Assembly: GCA_044359885.1 (NCBI GenBank)
Contig: JBIKLI010000001.1
Location: 1 to 47,281 of the forward strand
Source of the DNA: Alphaproteobacteria bacterium
GTDB taxonomy: Bacteria > Pseudomonadota > Alphaproteobacteria > CACIAM-22H2
Direction: 5' to 3'
Length of the DNA stretch: 47,281 nt
Below, piece after piece: positions 1-8,682 of this stretch. Position 1 is the first letter of the stretch, and each line of letters begins with the position of its first letter. The notes beneath the pieces are model-generated. The model saw nothing but the letters and a program-made list of their open reading frames with translations, made no database searches and was not told where the DNA came from. Made by a program: the position numbers and the translations under genes.

Positions 1-229
1 AGGCGACCAGCAGCTTGTCGGCGATCGGGTCGAAGATTCGGCCGAGCTTGGATTGCTGCTTCCAGGCCCGGGCGAAGTACCCGTCGAGATAATCGGTGAC
101 CGCGGCAGCGGTGTAGAGCGCACAGGCCAGGTAGCGCCATCCATCTCCCTCGACATGGAAGATCAGCACCAGCAGCGGGATCGCCGCGATGCGCGCGAAA
201 GTCAGAAGCATGGGCAGCGAGCCGAACAT
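1..229 (-). CDS. pgsA: CDP-diacylglycerol--glycerol-3-phosphate 3-phosphatidyltransferase, N-terminal part (3' end lies outside the window)
   Basis: My translation of the reverse strand from the ATG at 229-227 gives MFGSLPMLLTFARIAAIPLLVLIF...DYLDGYFARAWKQQSKLGRIFDPIADKLLVA. This contains the CDP-alcohol phosphatidyltransferase signature D-x2-DG-x2-AR...G-x3-D-x3-D. It lies directly downstream of uvrC, the usual alphaproteobacterial arrangement. Confidence 0.85.
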   Translation of the reverse strand, partial: MFGSLPMLLTFARIAAIPLLVLIFHVEGDGWRYLACALYTAAAVTDYLDGYFARAWKQQSKLGRIFDPIADKLLVA

Positions 230-277
230 GGCGGGCGATCGAACCAGGAGTTGGGACGCGACGCAGGGGTTTCCAGT

Positions 278-2206
278 CTAGCCGCCGCCATGGAAGTGGT
301 CATAGATCTTTCGCGCCGTGGCCTTGTCGACCCCCGCGACGCTCTCGAGATCGGCGAGCCCGGCGCGTGCCACCGAACGCGCCGAGCCGAAATGCAGCAG
401 CAGCGCCCGCTTGCGCTTGGGCCCGATCCCCGGGACCTCGTCCAGCGCCGAACCCTGGATCAGCGCCGAGCGCCGCGCCCGGTGGGTTCCGATCGCGAAC
501 CGGTGCGCCTCGTCGCGCAGCCGCTGCAGGAAGAACAGCACCGGGTCTGCCGGCGGCAGCTGGAAAGGCGGGCGTTCGCGCAGGAAGAACCGCTCGCGGC
601 CCGCGTCGCGATCCGGCCCCTTGGCGACGCCGACCAGGGCGATGTCGTCGATCCCGAGCTCGGCGAGCGCCGCCGCGGCGGCATCGAGCTGGCCCGCGCC
701 GCCGTCGATCAGCACCAGATCCGGCCAGTTGCCGCCCGAGCGATCGGGATCCTCCTTGATCGCGCGCGCGAAACGACGGCCCAGCACCTCGCGCATCATG
801 CCGTAGTCGTCGCCGGGGGTGATCCCGTCGGGTGCCCCGGGGCCGCGCAGGCTGCGGATGTTGAACTTGCGGTAATCCGACTTCCGGAACCCCTCGGGGC
901 CGGCGACGATCATCGCCCCCACCGCCTCCCGGCCCATGATGTGACTGTTGTCGAAGACCTCGATCCGGCGCGGCGGCGCCGGCAGATCGAAGGCCTGCGC
1001 GACGCCCGACAGCAGCTCCTCCTGGCGAGCGTCGTCGATCTTGCGCCGCGCAAGCGCCTCGCGGGCGTTGGCGAGCGCGTGCTCGATCGCCTTGCGCTTC
1101 TCGCCGCGCTCGGGCACCGCCACCTCGACCCGGTGGCCGGCCCGGGCCGACAGCGCCTCGGCCATCAGGTCGCGTTCGGGTACGTCGGCGGACAGCAGCA
1201 CCAGCGGCGGGGGCGGTTTGTCGTCGTAGAACTGGCCAAGGAAGGCGCCCAGGATCTCGTCGGGCGCGACTCCCCTGTCATGGCGCGGAAAATAGGGCCG
1301 GTTGCCGCAATTGCGCCCGCCCCGGAAGAAGAACACCTGGATCGAGGCGACGCCGCCCTCGTGATGCAACGCGATCGCGTCCGCGTCGCCCACCGCCTCG
1401 AGATTGATGTCCTGGCGGCTCTGGATCTGCGTCAGCGCCCGGATGCGGTCGCGGTACAGCGCGGCGGTCTCGAAATCGAGCGCGGCGGCGGCGGCCTGCA
1501 TCGCCGCGGCGAACCCGGATTGCGCCTCGCGCGACCTGCCGGCGAGGAAGGCCCGCGCATCGGCGACCGCGCGCGCGTAGTCCCCCTCGCCGATCCGGCC
1601 GACGCAGGGCGCCGAGCAGCGCTTGATCTGGAAGAGCAGGCAGGGCCGCGTGCGATTGGCGAAGACCGCATCGGAGCAGGAGCGCAGCAGGAAGGCGCGC
1701 TGCAGCGCGGTCAGGGTCTGGTTGACCGCGCCGGCCGAGGCAAACGGCCCGAAATAGGCCCCCTTGCGCTCGCGCGCGCCCCGATGCTTGGCCAGCTGCG
1801 GATAGGGGTGATCCTCGAACAAGGCGATATGGGGGAAGGACTTGTCGTCGCGCAGCAGGACGTTGAAGCGCGGCATCAGGCGCTTGATGAGATTGCTCTC
1901 GAGCAGCAGCGCCTCGACCTCGGTGTGGGTGACGACGATCTCCAGCCGCCGGGTCTCGGCCACCATGCGCTGCAGACGCAGCGGCAGCCGCGCCCATTGC
2001 AGGTATTGCGCCACCCGCCGCTTCAGGCTGCGCGCCTTGCCGACGTAAAGCGCGTCGCCCTTGCCATCGAGCATGCGGTAGACGCCCGGCCCGGCCGTCA
2101 TGTCGGCCAGCGCCGCACGCAGCACCGACGCCCCGGCGCGGAAACTGGGCGGGGCGGCTTCTTCATCCAAAATATGAGGGTCGGGCTCGGACTCCATGGG
2201 CGTCAT
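278..2206 (-). CDS. uvrC: Excinuclease ABC subunit C
   Basis: 642-aa ORF with an ATG start. It has a GIY-YIG motif ([28 protein letters not shown]), a central UVR region and a C-terminal helix-hairpin-helix ([18 protein letters not shown]). Confidence 0.95.
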   Translation of the reverse strand: MTPMESEPDPHILDEEAAPPSFRAGASVLRAALADMTAGPGVYRMLDGKGDALYVGKARSLKRRVAQYLQWARLPLRLQRMVAETRRLEIVVTHTEVEALLLESNLIKRLMPRFNVLLRDDKSFPHIALFEDHPYPQLAKHRGARERKGAYFGPFASAGAVNQTLTALQRAFLLRSCSDAVFANRTRPCLLFQIKRCSAPCVGRIGEGDYARAVADARAFLAGRSREAQSGFAAAMQAAAAALDFETAALYRDRIRALTQIQSRQDINLEAVGDADAIALHHEGGVASIQVFFFRGGRNCGNRPYFPRHDRGVAPDEILGAFLGQFYDDKPPPPLVLLSADVPERDLMAEALSARAGHRVEVAVPERGEKRKAIEHALANAREALARRKIDDARQEELLSGVAQAFDLPAPPRRIEVFDNSHIMGREAVGAMIVAGPEGFRKSDYRKFNIRSLRGPGAPDGITPGDDYGMMREVLGRRFARAIKEDPDRSGGNWPDLVLIDGGAGQLDAAAAALAELGIDDIALVGVAKGPDRDAGRERFFLRERPPFQLPPADPVLFFLQRLRDEAHRFAIGTHRARRSALIQGSALDEVPGIGPKRKRALLLHFGSARSVARAGLADLESVAGVDKATARKIYDHFHGGG

Positions 2207-2254
2207 CGAAGGATCGCGAGGGTTTCGAATGGCTCCAATCGGGGGGCGTGCGTC

Positions 2255-2276
2255 TATCCACCGTTTCTGTGGATAA
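2255..2276. promoter_or_regulatory. DnaA-box-containing inverted repeat upstream of uvrC
   Basis: TGTGGATAA at 2268-2276 is the exact reverse complement of the DnaA-box consensus TTATCCACA. CTATCCACC at 2254-2262 matches 7 of 9 positions on the other strand. Together they form a perfect 7-bp inverted repeat, TATCCAC(2255-2261)-N7-GTGGATA(2269-2275), 49-70 nt upstream of the uvrC ATG. Confidence 0.35.
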
Positions 2277-2339
2277 GTCTGTTGGCATTTCGTCGTCCAC
2301 GGGACGGCACTTGCGATTCGACGGGGCTTTCAGCCGAGT

Positions 2340-2356
2340 TGCACAAAAAATGTGCA
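2340..2356. promoter_or_regulatory. Perfect 6-5-6 palindrome TGCACA-AAAAA-TGTGCA (unknown operator candidate)
   Basis: Read directly from the sequence. It lies inside the AT-rich uvrC/folB intergenic island. I know of no regulator with this consensus. Confidence 0.25.
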
Positions 2357-2481
2357 TCTTCGCAAGTCATTGAAAACAAAGGGAACTGAAGAAAAGCGCC
2401 GTAAAATCGCTGTCAAGAATAACATTTCCCCGCAAAACCTTCGGGTTATGCCGAGGCGACCGAAACGGATGTGGGCAGATT

Positions 2482-2511
2482 GCGCCGGTCCGGCCATCAC
2501 GGCGCGGTTTT
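2482..2511 (+). terminator. Hairpin plus T-run, oriented as a plus-strand intrinsic terminator
   Basis: GCGCCG (2482-2487) pairs with CGGCGC (2500-2505) across a 12-nt loop and is followed by GGTTTT (2506-2511). The T-run is on the plus strand, although the only adjacent annotated gene ending here (folB) is on the minus strand. Confidence 0.25.
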
Positions 2512-2918
2512 CAGCGCGTCCGCTCGATCTCGACACCGACCGATGCCGCGTCGGGATAGACGTCGAGTTTCTCGACCCGGATCCGCGCACGCAGGATCCG
2601 CGGATCGGCCAGCGCGACGGTCGCGATGCGCTCGGCCAGCGTCTCGATCAACTGGACATGCTCGCCGGCCACCAGCCCCCGCACCGCCCCGGCGATCCGG
2701 TCGTAGCAGACCACGGCATCATGCTGGTCGGGGACGGGGGAAGCGGGTTCTTCGACCGCGAGGTCGAGATTGATCCTGACGCGCTGCGTCCGGCCCTGCT
2801 CGTGCGGCCAGACCCCGACCGAAGCGGCAAGGACGAGGTCGCGCAGGAAAACATGGCGCACCCGCCGCTCGGCGCTGGCGATGCCGGGCAGGGAGGGAAA
2901 ACTGGCGTGGCTCGTCAT
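2511..2918 (-). CDS. folB: Dihydroneopterin aldolase family protein
   Basis: 135-aa ORF with an ATG start. It resembles FolB-family proteins (FLRDLVLAASVGVWPHEQGRTQRVRINLDL...VCYDRIAGAV...LIETLAERIA). Confidence 0.8.
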   Translation of the reverse strand: MTSHASFPSLPGIASAERRVRHVFLRDLVLAASVGVWPHEQGRTQRVRINLDLAVEEPASPVPDQHDAVVCYDRIAGAVRGLVAGEHVQLIETLAERIATVALADPRILRARIRVEKLDVYPDAASVGVEIERTR

Positions 2919-2934
2919 CGCGCGACCTGAAACC

Positions 2935-3750
2935 TCACTCCTCGGGTTCCGCCCCCGGCGGGACCGGGGCCCAGTTCAGATGCTGACCGCCATCGAGCGC
3001 CAGCATCTGGCCGGTGAACGAGCGCGCGGTCAGCAGGAACCGCAGGGCAGCGGCGAATTCCTCCAACCCCGGACCACGGCCCAGCGGCACCTCCGACGCC
3101 TGGCGGGCGAATTGCTCGGATGTCTGCCGGACATTGGCGAGCGCGGGCCCCGGACCGATGCCGCAGACGCGGATGCGCGGCGCGAGCCCCAGCGCCAGCG
3201 TCTGCGTCAGCGTCCACAGACCGGCCTTGCTCAGCGTGTAGGACATGAAATGCGGGGTCAGGTTCCAGACCCGCTGGTCGAGCAGATTGACGATCAAGCC
3301 TTCCGCGCCGTCGGGCAATTGCCGCGCGAAGGCCTGGGCGAGGACGAAGGGCGCCCGCAGATTGGCCTCGACATGGCGGTCCCAGCTGTCGCGGGTCGCC
3401 GAAAGCGCGTCGTCGCGCTCGAACACCGAGGCGTTGTTGACGAGGACGCCGAGCGCGCCCAGCCGCGCCGTGGCCTCGGGCACCAGCCGCGCCACCTCGG
3501 CCTCCCGCGCAAGCTCCGCGCGCAGCACGCAGGCACGCCCGCCGCGCGCGACGATGGCGGCGGCCAGAGCCTCGGCCTCGTCGGCCGAGGCCTGACAGTG
3601 GATCGCCACCGCGAAGCCGTCCGCAGCCAGCGTCTCGACCAGCGCGCGTCCGATGCGCCGGGCGCCACCGGTGACGAGCGCCGCGCGGGGAATGGAAAGC
3701 GTCATGCGGCCGGCAAGATGGGCCGGCCGCGCGGCGCGATCAAGGATCAT
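2935..3750 (-). CDS. SDR-family oxidoreductase (pteridine-reductase-like by context)
   Basis: Rossmann motif ALVTGGARRIGRAL, NNAS, and Y-x3-K (YTLSKAGL). The ATG at 3750 overlaps the upstream GT4 stop as ATGA. An alternative ATG at 3705 gives MTLSIPRAALVTGG. Confidence 0.85.
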   Translation of the reverse strand: MILDRAARPAHLAGRMTLSIPRAALVTGGARRIGRALVETLAADGFAVAIHCQASADEAEALAAAIVARGGRACVLRAELAREAEVARLVPEATARLGALGVLVNNASVFERDDALSATRDSWDRHVEANLRAPFVLAQAFARQLPDGAEGLIVNLLDQRVWNLTPHFMSYTLSKAGLWTLTQTLALGLAPRIRVCGIGPGPALANVRQTSEQFARQASEVPLGRGPGLEEFAAALRFLLTARSFTGQMLALDGGQHLNWAPVPPGAEPEE

Positions 3751-4919
3751 CGGCGCCGGGCCAGCATCTCGGCGAAGAGGGCCTCCTGGCCGCGCGTCGT
3801 CGCGTCCCAGGAAAAGGCCTCGGCGTGGCGGCGGGTCGCCGCGCGGTCGGGCGGCGCCGCCGCCAGCGCCCGGATGCCGCGCAGGATGTCGGCGTCGTCG
3901 CGGGCGACGAGGACGCCGGCGGCCGGGCCGTCGACGATCTCGGGCGTGCCCCAGATGCGGGTCGCCACGACGGGCGTGCCGCAGGCCATCGCCTCGAGCA
4001 GCACGTTCGCCCAGCCCTCGCGGTCCGAGGCCAGGACCAGCATGTCGACGGCGTTGTAGAGCCGCGCCAGCGTCCCCTGCCCCAGCCGCCCGGTGAAAAC
4101 CACCCGGTCGGCGACGCCGGCCTCGGCGCTCAGCGCCGAGAGCGCGGCGCGCTCCGGCCCGTCGCCGACCACGAAGAGGGTCCAGCCCGGCAGCGACGCC
4201 AGGGCGCGGATCGCGAAATCATGTCCCTTGCGCGCGATCAGATGGCCGACCGAGGCGATCGCCGGACCGTCGACGGCGAATTCGCGACGCGCCGCATCGC
4301 GGTCCAGCGGCCGGAACAGCGCCAGATCGACACCGTTGCGCAGGACCCTGACGCGGTCCGCGGCGACGCCCAGTTCGACCAGCGGCGGCTTCAGCGCCGC
4401 GCAGACCGTGGCCAGTCCGTCGGCGCGCCGCGCCGCCCAGGCCATCCAGCGCCGCGGCCACGCGAAGCGCGGATAGAGATTGAGATCCGTGCCGCGGCCG
4501 GTCATGGCATACGGCACGCCCAGCCGCCGGGCGACCAGCGCCGCCGCGACGCCGTCGGGATAGAGGAAATGGGCGTCGATCAGATCGAAGGCCAGGCCGT
4601 CGCGCCGCCAGGCCGCGAGCGCCCGCCACGCCGCCGCCGCGAGCGCGAAGGGCTGGATCGCCATGCCGATGCGCGGCAGCGCCGGGTAGCGCGGATGGCG
4701 GATCTCGATCCCGTGGCGGACCTCGCGCCGGGCGACGCGCCCCCAGTCGGCCCAGGCGCCCCAGCGCGGGTCGCCTGACGGAAACCACGGCACGGGCGCC
4801 AGGACCTTCGCCGCCACGTTTCCGCCGGCGATCAGATGACGCAGCCGTGTCTCGACGAAGATGCCGTGATCGGGACGGACCGCGTTCGGATAGAGCGTCG
4901 AGAAGAGCAGGATGCGCAT
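3747..4919 (-). CDS. Glycosyltransferase family 4 (GT-B)
   Basis: The start is taken at the internal ATG at 4919 (MRILLFSTLYPNAVRPDHGIFVETRLRHL). E-x7-E region REGWANVLLEAMACGTPVV. The 548-aa ORF in the track extends upstream only because the frame lacks stop codons. Confidence 0.85.
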   Translation of the reverse strand: MRILLFSTLYPNAVRPDHGIFVETRLRHLIAGGNVAAKVLAPVPWFPSGDPRWGAWADWGRVARREVRHGIEIRHPRYPALPRIGMAIQPFALAAAAWRALAAWRRDGLAFDLIDAHFLYPDGVAAALVARRLGVPYAMTGRGTDLNLYPRFAWPRRWMAWAARRADGLATVCAALKPPLVELGVAADRVRVLRNGVDLALFRPLDRDAARREFAVDGPAIASVGHLIARKGHDFAIRALASLPGWTLFVVGDGPERAALSALSAEAGVADRVVFTGRLGQGTLARLYNAVDMLVLASDREGWANVLLEAMACGTPVVATRIWGTPEIVDGPAAGVLVARDDADILRGIRALAAAPPDRAATRRHAEAFSWDATTRGQEALFAEMLARRR

Positions 4920-5046
4920 GGTCCGCCGAACCGTCGTCGCCTGGCGACGAACATGCCCGCGGTGTCCGCCGCCGGTCGCGCGCACCTTCGGCTTAACGCC
5001 GCCGCGTCGCGCCGGCGCCGCGAGCGGCGGGCTAGGGTCATGCGCG

Positions 5047-5859
5047 ATGCTGCTCTCGGCCGTCATCCTGTGCTTCAACTCCGAGCGCCATATCGCCGCC
5101 GCCGTGCGCTCGCTGGCCGGGGAATGCGCCCGGCTCGGCGGGCCCTGCGAGATCTTCGTCGTCGACAACGGCTCGCGCGACGCCAGCCCCCGTCTGCTCG
5201 CCGCGCTGGAGGGGGAGTTCCCGGGGCTGCTGCACGTGATCCGCAACGCGACCAACGCCGGGACGACCGTGTCGCGCAATCTGGCCCTGCGCCGCGCCAC
5301 CGGCCGGGTGCTGCTGGTGATGGATTCCGACGTCGTCGTGCCGCCGGGATGCATCGCCGCATTGCTGCCACGCCTGGATTCGGATCCGCGCATCGGCCTG
5401 CTGGCGCCGCGGCTGGTCTATCCCGACGGCCGGCCCCAGCTCTCGGCCGACGTCTTTCCGACCCTGCCGCACAAGCTGCGCCGGCTTCTGGGACTGCGCG
5501 CCATCGAGCGCGGCCTGGCGGCGCCGGATGGCGCCGCGCGGCGCGTCGACTACGCCATCTCGGCCTTCTGGCTGATGCCCCGCGGCGTCGTCGAGAAGGT
5601 GGGCCTGCTCGACGAGCGGATCTTCTATTCGCCCGAGGACGTGGACTATTGCCTGCGCGTCTGGGCCGCAGGGTTCGAGGTGGTCCAGGACGGTTCGGTG
5701 GTCGCCATCCACGACGCACGCGAGATCTCGCGCGGCCTGCGCCGCCCAGGCTTCGCGCTCAGCCATGCAGGCGGGCTGGCCTATCTCTTCCTCAAGCATC
5801 GCTACGCGCTCGGACGCACGCGGCTCTATCGCCGCCTCGGCATGGCCGGCCGCACATGA
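5047..5859 (+). CDS. Glycosyltransferase family 2
   Basis: The ATG at 5047 gives MLLSAVILCFNSERHIAAAVRSL. VVDNGSRD and a DSD (DxD) motif are present, typical of GT-A/GT2 enzymes. Confidence 0.85.
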   Translation: MLLSAVILCFNSERHIAAAVRSLAGECARLGGPCEIFVVDNGSRDASPRLLAALEGEFPGLLHVIRNATNAGTTVSRNLALRRATGRVLLVMDSDVVVPPGCIAALLPRLDSDPRIGLLAPRLVYPDGRPQLSADVFPTLPHKLRRLLGLRAIERGLAAPDGAARRVDYAISAFWLMPRGVVEKVGLLDERIFYSPEDVDYCLRVWAAGFEVVQDGSVVAIHDAREISRGLRRPGFALSHAGGLAYLFLKHRYALGRTRLYRRLGMAGRT

Positions 5860-7079
5860 CCTCCCGGCCCTGGCGCGTCCTCCACATCCTCGACCACGGC
5901 CCGCCGCAGCGCGATGGCTACGTCACGCGCACGATGGGCATCGCGTCGGCGCAGCGCGGCTTCGGGTGGGACCCGATGCTGCTGACCGGACCGCGCCAGG
6001 GGCCCTGCGCGGCGGCGGTGGAGGATGTCGAGGGCTGGCAGATCCGGCGCTCGCCCGCGGCGACGGCGGCCCGAAGCCTGCCAGGCCTCGGCGAATGGGC
6101 AGAGATCCGCCGGGCGACGCGCCATCTCGCCGCGGTCGCGAAGGCGCTGGCCCCGGACATCCTGCACGCGCACTCCCCGTCCCTGAACGCGCTGCCGGCG
6201 CTGCGGGTGGGCCGCGCGCTGGGCATTCCCGTGGTCTACGAGGTCCGCGCCTTCTGGGAGGATGCCGCCGCGGACCAGGGCCGCGGCGCCGAGGGCTCGC
6301 TGCGCTGGCGGGCGATCCGCGCCCTCGACACCTGGCTCTTCCGCCGCGTCGGGGCGGTGGCGACGATCTGCGAGGGCCTGCGTCGCGACATCGTCGCCAG
6401 GGGGATCGAGCCTGGGCGGGTCGGCGTGATCCCCAACGGCGTCGATGCCGCGCGCTTCGCCTTGCTGCCGCCGGCCACCGCCGCCGCGCGGCGCGAACTG
6501 GGACTGCCCGAGGGACCGCTGGCGGGGTTCGTCGGTTCGCTCTACCGCTACGAAGGCATCGACCTGCTGGTCGACGCCGCCGCGCTGCTGCGCCGCCGAC
6601 GCCCCGAGATCGGGTTCGTCGTGGTCGGCGGCGGCATGGAGGAGGCGGCGCTTCGCGAACGCGCCGCGCGCGCCGGGCTTGGGGACGGTTTCCGCTTCGT
6701 CGGACGGGTCGCGCATCGCGAGGTCGAGCGCTACTACGCGGCGCTGGACGTGCTCGTCTATCCGCGCCGGGCGCTGCGGCTGACCCAGCTGGTGACGCCG
6801 CTCAAGCCGCTCGAGGCCATGGCGCAGGGCCGCATCGTGCTGGCATCCGATGTCGGCGGCCATCGCGAACTGATCGCCGACGGCCGTACCGGACATCTCT
6901 TCGCCCCGGACGATCCCGTCCGGCTCGCCGACGCGATCGAACGCGTCTTCGCATCGCGCGGCACCTGGGCGGCGATGCGCGACGCCGCGCGACGCCATGT
7001 CGAAACCGATCGCAGCTGGCCGGCGGTCGCCGCCGGTTATGGCGGCATCTACGCCACCGCCCGGGCCGCGGCCGGCTGA
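5856..7079 (+). CDS. Glycosyltransferase family 4 (GT-B)
   Basis: The ATG at 5856 overlaps the GT2 stop (ATGA). The N-terminus is MTSRPWRVLHILDHGPPQRDGYVTRTMGIA, and the C-terminal E-x7-E-type region is TPLKPLEAMAQGRIVLASDVGGHRELI. Confidence 0.85.
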   Translation: MTSRPWRVLHILDHGPPQRDGYVTRTMGIASAQRGFGWDPMLLTGPRQGPCAAAVEDVEGWQIRRSPAATAARSLPGLGEWAEIRRATRHLAAVAKALAPDILHAHSPSLNALPALRVGRALGIPVVYEVRAFWEDAAADQGRGAEGSLRWRAIRALDTWLFRRVGAVATICEGLRRDIVARGIEPGRVGVIPNGVDAARFALLPPATAAARRELGLPEGPLAGFVGSLYRYEGIDLLVDAAALLRRRRPEIGFVVVGGGMEEAALRERAARAGLGDGFRFVGRVAHREVERYYAALDVLVYPRRALRLTQLVTPLKPLEAMAQGRIVLASDVGGHRELIADGRTGHLFAPDDPVRLADAIERVFASRGTWAAMRDAARRHVETDRSWPAVAAGYGGIYATARAAAG

Positions 7080-7082
7080 CGC

Positions 7083-8000
7083 TCAGACCTCGCCCGCGAG
7101 CCAATCCTCGATCAGTCGCCGGGCGATCGAGTCCGGCCGCGGCAGTCGGAACGTCCCGGGGTCGTGCTGGCGGCGCAGGAAGTCGCGGCTGAACCAGCCG
7201 GCGGTCTCGAGTTCCTCGGCGTCGACCGCCAGGTCGCGGCTGACGGCGCGGGCATGGAACCCCAGCATGATCGAGGCCGGAAAGGGCCAGGGCTGCGACG
7301 AATGATAGCGGATGTCGGTGACGCGGACTCCCGCCTCCTCCATGACCTCGCGCGCGACCGCCTCCTCCAGGCTTTCGCCGGGCTCGACGAACCCGGCCAG
7401 CGTCGAATGCATCCCCGCCGGCCAGATGCGCTGGCGGCCGAGCAGCGCATGGTCCTCGTGCACGACGAGCATGATCACCGCCGGGTCGGTGCGGGGGAAA
7501 TGCTCGGCGTTGCAGGCCGCATCGGTGCAGCGCCGGACATGCCCGGCGGCCTCGGGCCGCGTCGGCGCGCCGCACAGTCCGCAATGACGCGTGCGCCCAT
7601 GCCAGTGCAGGATGCCGCGCGCATAGGCCAGCAGCGCGCCGGCGTCGCGCGCGAGCAGCGGTCCGACGCTGCGCAGATCCACGAAGGCGGTCTCGCCGCC
7701 GAACACGTCCGGCAGCAGATGCTCCTCGTGATGCGACACGTCGAGGGCGAAGAAGCTCTCGCCGCCGCTGGCGCCGAGAAAGGCGACGAGCGGCACCGGC
7801 CCGCCGAGTTCGGCGATCGCCTGCGGCCCGAGGAAGACGGCGCGCGGCGAATCGCCGGCGACGATCAGGCTGCGGCCGCGCCAGACCGGCACGACCCGGG
7901 CCGCCTTGCCGGCGACATGGGCCTCGATGAAGGCCGCGTCGCGGCGGCGCTCCGAGTGTCGCGCCAGTTCCAGGCCGGCGTAGAAATTCGCGGTCCGCAT
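7083..8000 (-). CDS. nudC: NAD(+) diphosphatase (NADH pyrophosphatase, Nudix family)
   Basis: Zinc ribbon CGLCGAPT...RRCTDAACNAEHFPRTDPAVI followed by the Nudix box GFVEPGESLEEAVAREVMEEAGV. The start is taken at the ATG at 8000 (MRTANFYAG). Confidence 0.85.
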   Translation of the reverse strand: MRTANFYAGLELARHSERRRDAAFIEAHVAGKAARVVPVWRGRSLIVAGDSPRAVFLGPQAIAELGGPVPLVAFLGASGGESFFALDVSHHEEHLLPDVFGGETAFVDLRSVGPLLARDAGALLAYARGILHWHGRTRHCGLCGAPTRPEAAGHVRRCTDAACNAEHFPRTDPAVIMLVVHEDHALLGRQRIWPAGMHSTLAGFVEPGESLEEAVAREVMEEAGVRVTDIRYHSSQPWPFPASIMLGFHARAVSRDLAVDAEELETAGWFSRDFLRRQHDPGTFRLPRPDSIARRLIEDWLAGEV

Positions 8001-8094
8001 GGCCGGAGACTGCCCCGAGCAGGCGCGCCGAGGCAACCTGTCGCGCGCGGCACGGTTGCCGCACCGCGCCGCCGGCTGCTAGAGCGGCGTGCGC

Positions 8095-8682
8095 ATGCTT
8101 CGGCCGCTCTACGACTGGACGATGCGCCGGGCCAGCGGCGCCAGCGCGCCGCGCGCGCTCGCGGCGGTGTCCTTCGCGGAAGCGTCGTTCTTCCCGGTCC
8201 CGCCCGACGTGCTGCTGGTGCCGATGGTGCTCGCCCGTCGCGACCGCGCCTGGATCCTGGCCGGAATATGCACCCTCGCGTCGGTCGCCGGCGGCGTCGC
8301 CGGCTATGCCATCGGCCTGTTCCTGCTCGAGACCATCGGCGTCTGGCTGATCGCCATCTACGGACTCCAGGGCGGCATCGAGGCGTTCCGCGACGCCTAT
8401 GGCGAATGGGGTCTCTGGATCATCCTGGTCAAGGGCCTCACGCCGATCCCGTTCAAGGTCGTCACCATCGCCAGCGGCGCCGCACGCTTCGATCCGGTCG
8501 TTTTCGTGCTGGCGTCGCTGGCGACGCGCGGCGCCCGGTTCTTCCTGGTCGCGGCACTGATCCGCCGCTTCGGCGCGCCGATCCGCGAGGTGATCGAACG
8601 GCGGCTGACGCTGGCCACGACCCTGCTCGCGCTGGTCGTGGTCGGCGGGTTCGTCGCGCTGCGCTATGTTCTGCCGCGATGA
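8095..8682 (+). CDS. YqaA/DedA-family membrane protein
   Basis: FAEASFFPVPPDVLLVPMVLA motif plus several hydrophobic spans. The track ORF starts at a GTG at 8089, and the first ATG is at 8095. Confidence 0.8.
   Translation: MLRPLYDWTMRRASGASAPRALAAVSFAEASFFPVPPDVLLVPMVLARRDRAWILAGICTLASVAGGVAGYAIGLFLLETIGVWLIAIYGLQGGIEAFRDAYGEWGLWIILVKGLTPIPFKVVTIASGAARFDPVVFVLASLATRGARFFLVAALIRRFGAPIREVIERRLTLATTLLALVVVGGFVALRYVLPR

Noticed and set aside
53-2389. A 778-aa plus-strand ORF covering the whole uvrC locus.
   Set aside because: It is antisense to a gene with unmistakable UvrC motifs. Its translation is low-complexity and rich in Arg/Ala/Gly/Pro. Stop-free antisense frames are expected at this GC content.
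2207-2510. A chromosomal replication origin (DnaA boxes next to an AT-rich stretch).
   Set aside because: Only one perfect and one 7-of-9 box are present, with at most two weak 6-of-9 matches. There is no array of boxes or 13-mer-like repeats. The flanking genes (uvrC, folB) are not the usual alphaproteobacterial oriC neighbours such as hemE, dnaA and parAB. GC-skew and genome-wide box mapping would be decisive.
4836-7079. A 747-aa ORF that could be read as a giant glycosyltransferase, and the 548-aa version of the minus-strand GT4 (3747-5393).
   Set aside because: The N-terminal extensions are low-complexity and overlap the GT2 gene or the divergent promoter region. The recognisable GT-B N-termini (MTSRPWRVLHILDH, MRILLFSTLYPN) begin at the internal ATGs at 5856 and 4919.
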